From: Octopus sinensis
Lineage: Eukaryota
Assembly: GCF_006345805.1 (NCBI RefSeq)
Contig: NC_043002.1
Location: 13,516,001-13,580,000 of the forward strand
Direction of reading: 5' to 3'
Length of the DNA stretch: 64,000 nt
The number at the start of each line of letters is the position of its first letter. Within the stretch, counting starts at the first letter, position 1. This document shows, piece by piece, positions 1-12,354 of the stretch. A program made the position numbers and the translations under genes. The notes under the pieces are model-generated. The model ran no database searches and had not been told where the DNA came from. It saw only the letters and a program-made list of their open reading frames with translations.

Positions 1-164
1 TATATACTGTGTACCTCCCCACACAATAATGATAAAACTAATGATTATGATGATGATGGTGATAATGATGATGTTGATGATGATTATTTCTTTTATTCTA
101 TTTGTAGATCCTAATAAATTCTGAAAATGAAATGTATTTCAATCAACAATACCTTTATAATCAT

Positions 165-365
165 TGAACACACACACACACGTGTGAGTGTATATTTGTA
201 TCCCACACCATTTGACAACCGGTGTTGGTGTGTTTATGTAACAATAGAAAAATACTAGGCTTCAAATAACAAAAGAGCCAGGGTCGATTCATTCGACAAA
301 AATTCCTCAAGGTGGTGCCCCAGCATGACCGCAGTCTAATGACTGAAGCAAGTAAAAGATAAAAC
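165..365 (+). mobile_element. SINE family A, 3' half (diverged)
   Basis: Matches the 3' part of other family A copies (ttgacaaccggtgttggtgtgttta...ggtcgattcattcgac...ccagcatgaccgcagtc...gtaaaaga). Confidence 0.8.
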
Positions 366-1331
366 AAAAAAAAATTGTTTTTTTTTCTTTATACAGGTAA
401 GAGTGAAATTGACCCACTTTTATTACTTGATTTGATTTAGTGAATTTCGGCCATCAATAATTATATTCATTGCCCGTAAAAACAAAACAAAACAAAAAAA
501 AAACAGTGCCTTTGAGAGCATGTGAACTCTTGATCTTTCGTTACATTTATTGACTCGGTCATCATCATCACTCACTTTACTTCACTTACCATTTGATAAA
601 AAATGAGATATTAAAATAACGAGAACTTCTCAAGTACGCCTGGCCGATAAAAACTTATGAAGCTCTCAATCCCAGCATTTGTGACTTTGGGTTCACGTGC
701 GTTTATATACACAAGGCTGGGCCAAAAGTTCCTTCGAATTTTCGTTGCTGACTTTCGGTTTCTTGTATGACCCTGTTATATCATTAAATTCAAACGATTC
801 GTACAACGTTGTTGAATTGTTTATTCTGAACTTTCTCATATAACATATACTCTTTTATTCTTTTACTTGTTTCAGTCATTTGACTGTGGCCATGCAGAGC
901 ACCGCCTTTAGTCGAGCAAATCGACCCCACTGATATTCTCTTTGATTTTCACACACGATAAAATAAGTACCAGTTGAGCACTGAAACTGATGTAAGTGAT
1001 TGGCCCTGCACCCTCGAAATTGTTTGCCCTGTGCCAACATTCGAAACCAGCGTGTGAGATTCGAAGGAAACGATAATAAAACAGAAGGGAATATAACAGT
1101 ATACAGGTGTACTTGAACGACTAATATTATTCGGTTAAGATAACATTGTTTTAGTTTCAATGTCTGATATGAGATCAAACGATTTGCCAGCCAATCGAAT
1201 GTTGAAAAGGATCCAACTAGTGATCTCGTGAGAGAGACATGTTAACCGCAGTATACATACAGATAAGCAACCGTCCATCTATTCATCCATCCATGCATGC
1301 ATGCATACATACATACATGCACGCACACATA

Positions 1332-1333
<2 letters not shown>

Positions 1334-1421
<88 letters not shown>

Positions 1422-1770
1422 GGCTGCCCCCTCGTTATCGAGTATGGCCATTGCACGAAGCTTAACTATTATTAGTGCTGTGATCGAATGTGACTTTTTA
1501 GCCCAGCTAAAGATCTACAATATCTTGTACAGAATTGGCAGCTAAAACCTTTACCGGTAATAGCCGGCTGTAGTTGTACCTTTGCATGTCGTTTAAGTCC
1601 TCCAGCTGAATTACACTCTCTTCCACATGCCCGACAGATATGATTAGTATGGTGTGTAACACCACCACCAGTGACCAGGTTGTCACTCATCTGTCTCACT
1701 TTAGAACTACGAAGATGACTCTTGAGTCCAGCTTTACTGAGGCAGGGTCTTGCACAGACACTGCATGTCA
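1334..1770 (-). mobile_element. 5'-truncated RTE-type LINE 3' end with three C2H2-like fingers and a (TAA)n tail
   Basis: ORF 1472-1801(-) encodes CSVCARPCLSKAGLKSH, CRACGRECNSAGGLKRH and CQFCTRYCRSLAGLKSHIRSQH*, followed by a short 3'UTR and (TAA)n. A second copy is at 28110-28367. Clade assigned from the C-terminal CxxC..S..GL..H motif. Confidence 0.7.
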
Positions 1771-2107
1771 CATACATACATCCATACATACATACATTCA
1801 AATATACTCATCGTTGGACGAGCGTGACCATCGTTGACAGAGGTGTCAGCGACACTCGTGCAAGGCTTTTAAGTCACGTGCGTCTTGCACGACACCACAA
1901 TGGCTCGTACTAGCAATATCACGAATCCCTGAAACCAGCAAAGGGCAAGATAGCCGGCTCAGTAGAGCAGCGTGTTTTATACATGTGCATATGTCTAGAC
2001 AGGCAAATATATGTATGAGTGTACATACATAAAACAGAATATAAAGAACTGCATGAGCACTGACTCAAAATACTCGCACATACATAAACATACATACACA
2101 TCTCCCC

Positions 2108-2328
2108 TCTTTTACTCTTTTACTTGTTACAGTCATTTGACTGCGGCCATGCTGGAGCACCTCCTTTAGCAGAGCAAAGCGACCCCAGGACTTATAATTT
2201 AGAAGCCTAGTATTTATTATATCGTTCTCTGTTGCCGAACAGCTAAGTTACGGTGATGTAAGCACACCAGCGTCGGTTGTCAAGCGATGCTGGGGGGACG
2301 AACACAGACACACACACACAGACAGACA

Positions 2329-2365
<37 letters not shown>

Positions 2366-2527
2366 GACTGGCTTCTTTCAGTTTCCGTCTACCAAATCAA
2401 CTCACAAGGCTTTGGTCGGCCCGAGGCTATTGTAGAAGACACTTGCCCAAGGTGGCACGTAGTGAAAATGAACCCGGAACCATGTGGTTGGTAAGCAAGC
2501 TACTTACCACACAGCCACTCCTGCGCT
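2108..2527 (-). mobile_element. SINE family A, full length
   Basis: tRNA-like head with A/B boxes (tggctgtgtggtaag...ggttcatttt), internal (CA)n tract, gtaaaaga-type tail. Confidence 0.9.
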
Positions 2528-2595
2528 TACGTTGATAATTTTGTAATCCTAAGGAAGGAACTTTGGATCTGGGTTTGAAACTGCTTATTTCTTCA

Positions 2596-2975
2596 TTGGC
2601 TGAGAAGCTTGCTTCACAAGCACTTGGTTCCGGGTTCAGTCTTACTACGTAGCACCTTGGGCAATGTCTTCTGCTATAACCACGGGCCAACCAAAGCCTT
2701 GTGAGTGGATTTGGTAGATGGAAAGCGGAGGAAGCCCATCGTATGTATGTGTATATATGTGTGTGCGCACGCGAGCGCGTGATTGCGTCTGTCTTCACAT
2801 TGTGTCTATGTTTGACATCACCTCTGATTAACAACCGGTGTTGGCATGTTTACTTCCACGTAACTTAACGGTTCAGCAAATAATTAAGTACTGGGGTCGA
2901 TTCATTTGACTAAAATCTCTCCAAGGTGGTGCTCCAGCATGGCCCTTTTTTAATGACTCAAACAAATAAAGATAA
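2596..2975 (+). mobile_element. SINE family A, diverged
   Basis: agcttgcttc...ggttccgggttcagtc...ccttgggcaatgtcttct...ccaaagccttgtgagtggatttggtaga. Confidence 0.85.
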
Positions 2976-3004
2976 ACGAACATACATATATACATATGTT
3001 CTTT

Positions 3005-3652
3005 TCTGCTCTAGGCACAAGGACTGAAATTTCGGGGAAGGGGGCCAGTCGATTTGAGCGACTCCAGTATGCAACTGGTACTTAATTTATCGACCGCGAA
3101 AGGATGAAAGGTAAAGATGACCGCGGCGGAATTTGAACTAAGAACTTGAAGACAGACGAAATACCTATTTCTTTACTGCCCACAAGGGGCTAAACACAGA
3201 GGGGACAAACAAGGACAGACAAAGGGATTAAGTCGATTACATCGACCCCAGTGTATAACTGGTACTTAATTAATCGACCCCGAAAGGATGAAAGGCAAAG
3301 TCGACCTCGGCGGAATTTGAACTCAGAACGTAACAGCAGACGAAATACTGCTAAGCATTTCGCCCGGCGTGCTAGCGTTTCTGCCAGCTTGCCGCCTTAC
3401 ATATATACACATATTTATTTCTTTATTGCCCACAGAGGGTGGGGCTAAATATAGAGGGGACAAACAAGGATTGAGTATGGGATTATGACGATTACATCGA
3501 CCCCAGTGCGTAACTGGTACTTATTCAACCGATCTCAAAAGGATGAAAGGCAAAGTCGATGTCGGCGGAATTTGAACTCAGAAGGTAACGGCAGACGAAA
3601 TATCGCTAAGCATTTTGCCCGGCATGCTAATGATTCTGCCAGCTCGCCTCCT
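3005..3652 (-). mobile_element. SINE family B cluster (one multimer plus one monomer)
   Basis: Reverse complement of ggcggcgagctggcagaaacg...gagttcaaattccgccgaggtcgactttgcctttcatcctttcggggtcgat; the body is repeated. Confidence 0.9.
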
Positions 3653-3656
3653 TACA

Positions 3657-3989
3657 TCTATATTCATAAATATGTAATGGTGTCTGTATGTGTTTGGGGT
3701 TACTCCTCCCACACCGTCCAGCCGATTTTAATGATTTTTGACACATAGGTAGATCACATAGCCCGAAGTTCAAATGAGGCCGGAATTTTTCGGAAACTCG
3801 ATAATGCTCAGTTGGCATCGATTTTTGTGAGCTCAATCGGACGTTTGAATGGAAATTCCCATAACGATGTTATTTTTCCTTCTTAATTGGTAATAGTTGA
3901 CACGGGGAACGTAGAAGATTTCAACGTAAGGTCAGAGGTGGGCTTAGCTTCAACACGGAAAACAGAGCAATGCCGGGTCCAACAGCTAA
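3657..3989 (+). mobile_element. Non-autonomous Helitron-like element
   Basis: 5' TC start (TCTATATTCATAAA). The 3' end gagcaatgccgggtccaacagCTAA resembles the hairpin+CTAG ends at 7418 and 9848. Confidence 0.6.
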
Positions 3990-4287
3990 TATATACATAT
4001 ATTGAAAGAAAAAATAGAACATTTGTGGAGAAGTAATGAGAAACCCACAGCACTAATATCCGGGTTACATATGTTCTTATGCCTCCATTATCATAGATAC
4101 GGTGGGTTACGTAACAACAGAGTTGCATAGAAACCTAGAAATGCTTGGATTCTATCAAAAAGAGCACGAGTGGACTGATTCACACTCATCCAGATAAAAT
4201 CGATGAAAAGAACTAAATTTTTGTAAAGCATTTCACCTGGGTGGGCAGATGCACACAACCTTATATACATAGGAAATATATATGAAC

Positions 4288-4685
4288 GCGCATAGGAGTG
4301 GCTGTGTGATACGTAGCTTGCTTCCCAACCACATGGTTTCGGGTTCAGTCCCACTGCGTAGCATCTTGGGCAAGTGTCTTCTACTAAAGCCTCGGGCCGA
4401 CCAAGACCTTGTGAGTGTATTTGATAGACGGAAACTGAAAGAAGCTCGTCGTATATATGTATATATATATATGTGTGTCTGTGTTTGTTCCCCCAACATC
4501 GCTTGACAATGGGTGGTGGTGTGTTTACGTCCCTGTAACTTAGCGGTTCGGCAAAAGAGACCGATAGAATAAGTACTAAGCTTACAAAGAATAAGTCCTG
4601 GGGGTCGATTTGCTCGACTAAAGGCGGTGCTCCAGCATGGCCGCAGTCAAATGACTGAAACAAGTAAAAGAGAATGAAAGAGAAT
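4288..4685 (+). mobile_element. SINE family A, full length
   Basis: Complete head, internal TA/TG tract and tail. Confidence 0.9.
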
Positions 4686-4834
4686 ACATAAAGTGTACTG
4701 AAACAAAGGCTGTGCGTTCTGTTGTGAGACTTAAACCTCCGAGTGCAAATTTATACTCCCGCGCACACAGATTGCACGTACACACACACACGCACGCATG
4801 CATGTGTGTACACTGTATGTAGTGATCGTTGAGT

Positions 4835-5120
4835 GGAGGCACATGGCCTAGTGGTTAGAGCAGCGGATCGCGGGTTCGAATCTCAGACCGGGCGATGTGT
4901 TTGTTAATGAGCGAAACACCTAAGCTCCGCGCGGCTCCGGCAGAAGGTAATGGCGAAACTTCTGCTGACTCTTTCGCCACAACTTTTTCTCACTCTTTCC
5001 TCCTGCATCTTGCAGCTCACCTGCGACGGACCGGCGTCCCGTCCAGGTGGGGAACCTATACGCCGAAGAAACCGGGAAACCAGCCCTTATGAGCCAGGCA
5101 TGGCTCGAGAAGGAACAACA
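4835..5120 (+). mobile_element. tRNA-derived SINE with a V-domain-like segment
   Basis: A box tggcctagtgg, B box ggttcgaatct, body cctgcgacggaccggcgtcccgtccagg resembling the V-SINE domain, and an (AAC)n tail. Confidence 0.7.
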
Positions 5121-5966
5121 CTGTATCTAGTGATGGTTGTGTGCAAATGAATCATAATTGAATCATAGACAATGAAAGAAGGAAAAGCGAGCATCCTTAA
5201 TAGATTCGAGTAGAAGTGATATCAGGAAAGAACTAAGTAATTCAGAGAGAGAAAGGGTGGAGAGGGGGGAGAGAGAGGGAGAGAGAGAGGGAGAGAGAGA
5301 GAGTTACAGTTGACTTGTTATTGTGGTAGAAAAAAAAAAGAAAGGAAAAGAAAAGAAAAAGAGATCAACAGAAACGAAGAGAGTTAGATTCGCAACCATG
5401 TTGTTTCTGGTTCAATTCCACTGTGCGGAACCTTGGGCAAGTATCTGCTGCTTATAGTCCTGGGCCAATCAATACCTTGTGAGTGAATTTAGCATATGGA
5501 AATGTGTGGAATACTGTTGTGTACACACACACTCACGCACACACACACATACACACATACACACACAGACATGCACATATGTGTATATACATGTATAAAT
5601 ATATACACACACACGCTCACACGCTCGCACACGTATATGTGTGTGTGTATGTACACACGCATGCACATATATTTATATATATATGTATAAATACACACCT
5701 CCATGTATATGTGTGTGTATATGTATGTACACACAGATACACACACACACACACACACACACTCACACACATCACCAGTGGTTAATATATTCGAAAAAGA
5801 AGCATACTCTAAAGCAGTGATTCCCAAACTATTTTGCAGGCTGCCGCCCCCTTGGCACTCGGGCCACATTCCTTGCACCCCAACCCAACTAACCATCACA
5901 AACATAAACCTCTTTCTGGGGCAAATTCAAAGCAACTGTATTTAACAAATAAAACTTAACCCTAAT

Positions 5967-6140
5967 GGCGCAAGAGTGGCTGTGTGTGGTAAGTAGCTTG
6001 CTTACCAACTACATGTTTCCGGGTTCACTCCCCACTGTGTGACACCTTGGTCAAGTGTCTTCTACTACAGCTTCGGGCCGACCAAAGCCTTGTGACTAGA
6101 TTTGGTAGTCGGAAACTGAAAGAAGCCGATTTTGTGAGTG
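5967..6140 (+). mobile_element. SINE family A, 5' half
   Basis: Head runs up to the internal microsatellite, where a Helitron is inserted. Confidence 0.85.
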
Positions 6141-6146
6141 TGTGTG

Positions 6147-6183
<37 letters not shown>

Positions 6184-6186
<3 letters not shown>

Positions 6187-7418
6187 TATTATAAAAGGCA
6201 GATTTTATCTGCCTCCCTTTGTCACTTATAGAAATCTACAATACAGGATTTCTTCAATTACAATTTACCTAGCATTTTTAAGAGTAGAATGCATCGGGTC
6301 ATGCCAGGTCCAGTTTTTTAAATTTAAACTCCAATTAAGCAAAATTTACAGAAAACTCACATTCTGGTGTGTATGTCAAATGCTTTTCTTAGTCTGGTTT
6401 ACAGCACACGCAAACGCACACACACAGTGTGCAACGAATAAACTGAAACTAATTCACTGTGTGTGTTGACAGGTAGACAATAGAATGCGATGGCGATGGC
6501 GATGTAATATTTGTTCCTGTCTATCACGCTGATAGATACATGAGTAAAATGTATGGCAAGCTAAGAGATAAGAGTGAGTGAAAATGTTCTTGGAAGAGAG
6601 TAAATAGCGACAGAGTGATTTGAGGAAGACTAAACTGAAAGTATGAAACAGTGTTTATGTATAAACAGACGACACTTATATATAGTTATTAATAAATGTA
6701 TGCATCCGTTTAACCCTTTCGTTACCAAACCGCCCGAATTAACCTATTCATATTTAAATGAGAATATCAGAGTAAATATCTTTAGTACATTCGTGAAAAC
6801 ACGTCATACACTTCAAATACAGTTTTGTATAAAAATCGAAGTGTAATTTTAATTCCGTGAATTATGGGAGATTTTTTTCCGAAATTTGTTCCTATTGTGT
6901 TTTCAAAATTTGTAATTCTGACAAAAAATGGATACGAATTTCATTATATCAAGCAGCGAGTCAGAAATCGAAGGATTTTCTACTGAAGACCTTCATAAAT
7001 CTAACTCTATGACTGAAAAAAAAAGCATCTTTATATAAGAGTGAAGTTGTGTGTCTGTCTCCTACGATTTAGATTCGTAACTACTCCCACATTTTGCGGT
7101 GCAGTTTAACCAAAAGCGGGTATCTTATAGTCGTGATTCATATCGAGCCCTTCTGGGTATTAGCGCGCGTCTACGATGAGTCTACGATTTAAAAAAATTA
7201 CCATCATATTTTTCCATTTTAATGCATTTATTCGCTTTTATATAAGGGAAGTAACTCTCTAAAATATCTACGATGTGTCAACGATTTAAAAATAAAATTT
7301 ACCTTAATTTTTTTTCAATTTTTAATGCATTTTTTTCTATTTTTTGACTATAACTCTCTAAAAATGCTTATATAGTTATTTCCCTTACAACCCGAGCAAC
7401 GCCGGGCGATACTGCTAG
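6184..7418 (+). mobile_element. Composite non-autonomous Helitron
   Basis: A|TCTTATTATAAAA 5' end, subterminal hairpin CCCG-agcaacgc-CGGG, and CTAG|T 3' end. A second internal TC start lies at 7028. Confidence 0.8.
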
Positions 7419-7447
7419 TATAGTATATATATATATATATATGTATA

Positions 7448-7541
<94 letters not shown>

Positions 7542-7587
7542 ATATATGTATATATATATATGTATATATATATGCATATATATATGA

Positions 7588-7662
<75 letters not shown>

Positions 7663-7707
7663 ATATATATGTATATATATATATGTATATCTAAATGTAT
7701 ATATATC

Positions 7708-8060
7708 TCTTATTATAAAAGGCAGATTTTATCTGCCTCCCTTTGGGAGTTATACAATCTACAATATAGGATTTCTTCAATTACAATTTACCTTGCATTT
7801 TTAAGAGTACAATGCATCGCGTCATGCCAGCTCCAGTTTTTAAATTTAAACTCCAGTTTAAGCAAAATTGCAGAAAACTCACATTCTGGTGTGTGTGTCA
7901 AATGCTTTTCTTAGTCTGGTTTACAGCACACGCAAACGCACACACACAGTGAGCAACGAATAAAATGAAAGTAATTGACTTACTGTAGTGAGTGATTCTT
8001 TCACTCTGCCTCCCACTTCCTCTTTCCACACAGACACGCAAATATATAATAAAATTGTAA
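7708..8060 (+). mobile_element. Helitron 5' module (partial copy of 6184-6460)
   Basis: Near-identical to the start of the 6184 element. Confidence 0.75.
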
Positions 8061-8208
8061 GCTAACGCGTGCGTGTGTGTGAGTGGGTGTTTGGGGGTGT
8101 GCGCGTGTGTGTGTGTGTGAGGGTGCGTGTGTGTGTGTGCGTGTGCGTGAGTGTGTGACAGGAAAGTTTTTTTACGGACTAATATAACCCTTATATCCAA
8201 GTAGCAGA

Positions 8209-8672
8209 AAGATAAGACAGTAGGTGTGATTTGAGGGAGATTTGGCTGCATTTCTACCATGGTCTAGCTGCATGTAGGGGTCTCCCTCATAGGCTCATAC
8301 ATACAATATATACATAGATAAGACAGTAGGTGTGATTTGGGGGAAATTTGGCTGCTATTTCTACCAGGTCTACTGCCATGTTGGGGTCTCCCTCATAGGC
8401 TCATACATACATATATACATAGATAATACAGTAAGGTGTGATTTGGGGGAAATTTGGCTGCTATTTCTACCAGGTCTAGCTGCCATGTAGGGGTCTCCCT
8501 CATAGGCTCATACATACATATATACATAGATAAGACAGTAAGGTGTGATTTGGGGGAATTTGGCTGCTATTTCTACCAGGTCTAGCTACCATGTAGAGGT
8601 CCCCCTCATTGGCTCATATATATATACATACATAAGACAGTAAGGTGTGATTTGAGGGAGATTTGGCTGCTG
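8209..8672. repeat. Minisatellite, ~105 bp unit, ~4.4 copies
   Basis: agataagacagta(a)ggtgtgatttgggggaaatttggctgctatttctaccaggtc...cataggctcatacatac repeated. Confidence 0.95.
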
Positions 8673-8751
8673 TCTCAGGTCTGTTAGGCCTTCTCATGTA
8701 AACTCAAGCTTTCTCATGCCTTGAACATAGACCAAAGCAGAGAATGTATTC

Positions 8752-8990
8752 TTTTATTCTTCTGCTTTTTCCAGCCATTGGTCTGTGGCCATGCTGGGGC
8801 AATGCCTTGAAGAATTGTAGTTTAATGAATCAACTCGTTTTATTTTTGTAAGCATTGTACTTATTCTATCTGTTTCCTTTGTCAAACCACTAGGTGACAG
8901 GGATGTAAACAAACCAACATTCGTTGTCAAGCAGTGGTGGAGGACAATCACAAGCACAGACACGCACACACCACACATACATGCATACAG
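8752..8990 (-). mobile_element. SINE family A, 3' half (diverged)
   Basis: gtggccatgctggggca...gtacttattctatc...gttgtcaagc. Confidence 0.75.
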
Positions 8991-8997
8991 ATATCAC

Positions 8998-9028
<31 letters not shown>

Positions 9029-9044
9029 TATGTGGTATATATTA

Positions 9045-9300
9045 TTGCAGCGTGGAAGGTGTTGTAGTAAGCCATTTAAGAAACACACAAAAACCGTTAC
9101 ATTCACTTCACATTTAAATTTAATTTGCCAAAATATTTTCGTCGCTTTGAGACCGCGACCTGTTCACTGACAAAATATCGTGCTAACAGGTCGCGGTCTC
9201 AAAGCGATGAAAATATTTTGACAAATTAAATTAAATGTTGAAGTGAATCTAACGTTTTTGTGTGTTTCTTAAATGGCTTATAAACACCTTCAACGCTGCA
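9045..9300. repeat. Fold-back element (~120 bp arms) in a TA tract, PLE-like remnant
   Basis: Arms are reverse complements (gcagcgtggaaggtgtt.../...aacaccttcaacgctgc) and carry an HHR-like motif. Confidence 0.85.
9124..9174 (-). ncRNA. Type I hammerhead-like motif, G3-C8 core variant
   Basis: UUUGUCA-GUGAACA-G-GUCGC(ggucucaaa)GCGAC-GAA-AAUAUU-U-UGGCAAA. Confidence 0.65.
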
Positions 9301-9459
9301 ACTGTTTTCGTTCCAGCACACGATCTCAGATCAATCCTTGCTATGCAAGTACTCTGCCCCTCATATATATTTACATATATATATATATATATATGTTATA
9401 TTGTAAAAACAGTAAGATAACAAGAAGAAAGAGACCTCATATTATGTAAATAGAGGAAA

Positions 9460-9848
9460 TCTTATATATAAAGTGAGGTTGTGTGTCTGTCTCCTACGAT
9501 TTAGATTCCTAACTACTCCCACATTTTGCGGTGCAGTTTAACCAAAACCGGGTATCTTATAGTCGTGATTCATATCGAGACCGTCTGGGTATTAGCGCGC
9601 GTCTACGATGAGTCTACGATTTAAAAAAAAATTACCATCAATTTTTCCCATTTTTAATCCATTTTTGACATATATAGGGAAGTAACTCTCTAAAATTTAT
9701 TATTAAATCTCAGAACGTAAAAAGCTACAGTAAACACCCCTCCCCCTTTGTGGTTAGCATATTGAGATGGCTATTATACTTTACATCTCTAAAAATGCTT
9801 ATATATTATTTCCCTTACAACCCGAGCAACGCCGGGCGATACTGTTAG
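9460..9848 (+). mobile_element. Short non-autonomous Helitron
   Basis: TC start, same body and 3' hairpin as 7028-7418, ends TTAG|T. Confidence 0.8.
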
Positions 9849-9902
9849 TGTATATATTATTATATATATATATTATATATATATATATATAATATATATT
9901 TT

Positions 9903-10011
<109 letters not shown>

Positions 10012-10032
10012 CATATATATATAATATATATA

Positions 10033-10103
<71 letters not shown>

Positions 10104-10106
10104 ATG

Positions 10107-10138
<32 letters not shown>

Positions 10139-10772
10139 TGTGTGTGTGTGTGTGTTTGTGTGTAAACGGTCGCTTGACACTGATGCTAGTGTGTTTACGT
10201 CACCGTAACATTAGCGCGGTTCGGCAAAAGTGACCGATGGAATAAATAACAACCTTAAAATAACCACCGGGTTAAAACGTAAAAGACGTCCTCATGAAAC
10301 GTATGTAACTTTTTATTAAAAGCGTTACTTTAGCTCCGCCATAAAATATATTTTATTAGCCAAGCCGTGTCGTCAAAAATGACGGCTAATTGTAGTATTT
10401 TATATATAAATATGGTACGAAGCCAAGTTTTTAAGTTACTTTTCAACTACAATCGTTTTAAATTCTTGATATACCCCAGCAATAATTCTTTTCTCTAATG
10501 AATTTGTATATGTTTGTGTAGGTGCTTGTGATTGTAATAATTACTTTTAGCGAGACAGATAGAATGTGGACGGTAAATCGAATTAATACACTTGTTATCA
10601 ATGTTATCCAGTGGTTGTCTTTTGTTACTGAAAGGACGCTGGTTCACACATACAAACATACACATACTTCCCTTGTATCCGCACACACATACACACACAT
10701 ATACTCACGGAGAGCTGAAGCGCTGTTTGATTTTTCTTTTCAGCGTTGAAGGATAACCATCCCACTTCCATT

Positions 10773-10820
<48 letters not shown>

Positions 10821-11028
10821 TCACACATTCACATACCTCCCTTTTACACACACTCACACACACACATTCACACAGAAGCATAAATTTCATCATAGCAGAA
10901 ATCAAAAGCATACAAAGGGAGTTTACTTTCCTTTCAATGCGATAGGAGTTATTTCCCTTACATTCAACGTGAGCTAATTTTCAGAGAGTATACCTTTTCA
11001 GTTTTGAAGTTGAACAAACATAGATACA

Positions 11029-12322
11029 GGTGCAGGAGTGGCTGTGTGGTAAGTAGCTTGCTTACCAACCACATGGTTCCGGATTCAGTTCCACTGCGTG
11101 GCACTTTGGGTAAGTATCTTCTACTATAGCCTCTGGCCTACCAAAGCCTTGTGAGTGGATTTGGTAGATGGAAACTGAAAGAAGCCCGTCGTATATATGT
11201 AAATGTATATATATATATATTGTTACGGAATCACCCGTCGTCGCCCGTCCCGAACGGCTCACACAAGTTCCGCCACGGAACCCAAAGAGGCGGAGAGAGG
11301 AGATACAGATAGATACTGCCACAACCTCAACAGCACAGAGATACAGAGGCACAACCCGAGATACACCCAAAGAGGCAAGGCAACAACTGGCAACACTGGC
11401 TATATTCAAACAACAGTTTATACGACAATTACAATTGTTACAACATCAAGATACATCAAGCATGCACGTGACTACTCAATACATAATACAACAGCATTTC
11501 AGAGTACAACTCAAAGCATAATACAACATCATGTAACAATTCAAGAGTACACGTCCCAAGACAACAGTTCTTAAAGTCTCTTCCTAAACATCACAATCAA
11601 CAAGTCATTTACTCTTCTTCTTCACAATGTCCTTTATCGACCACATCGACAGAGTCTTGACTGTTCTTTTCACTGTTCAATACACCGTGACACATATCAA
11701 TGCAAAAAAACATACCTCATTCCTAATTGAATCTGCCAGTGTCCCATTCCTCTCAATACTGCTAATTCCTCTGAATACTTAATTCCCCTCTGTGCCGCCA
11801 AGCTTTCTCGCATCCAACTTGCTCCTAAGAATTCCAACGCTTGCTCCTTAAATCCAAGGTCCGTCTGTCTTCTTCGAGGACCGGCCAGCGACTGCCCTTC
11901 TTGACGACCAACTGCGAACTACCAGACCTCACTTCGTCTCTGTGCTTCCTCCACCCCCTCATCTCCCTCTTATAGCCTTTCTATTTGCTATCTCATTCCT
12001 TACTCTATCTATATCGCCTGCTGTCTCTTAGCCTCTCCATCCGTCCCCTACTGCTTATACCCTATCTCTATTTGCTCTCAGCCCTTAATCTGTCCCTTTT
12101 CTCTTACTGTCAATACCCTCTCCATCTGCTCTTAGATTCCCTTAATCTGTCTTCCTCTTTCACATTCTCACTGACCCTCTATCAAAAACCACACGAGGTC
12201 ACAGGTCATTCCAAAAACCATCAGTCCTCCATAGACAAAGAACCCGTACAATTTCACCAGACATCATGGTTGCCATTATTCCTATGTGGGTCACCAGAAA
12301 TGCACCTAGGCAACCGTAACAA

Positions 12323-12354
<32 letters not shown>

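Noticed and set aside
1472-1801. Host C2H2 zinc-finger gene
   Set aside because: No TGEKP linkers, two dispersed 5'-truncated copies and a TAA tail indicate a LINE 3' end.
8209-8672. CRISPR-like array
   Set aside because: Whole units repeat with no unique spacers, there are no cas genes, and the context is eukaryotic.
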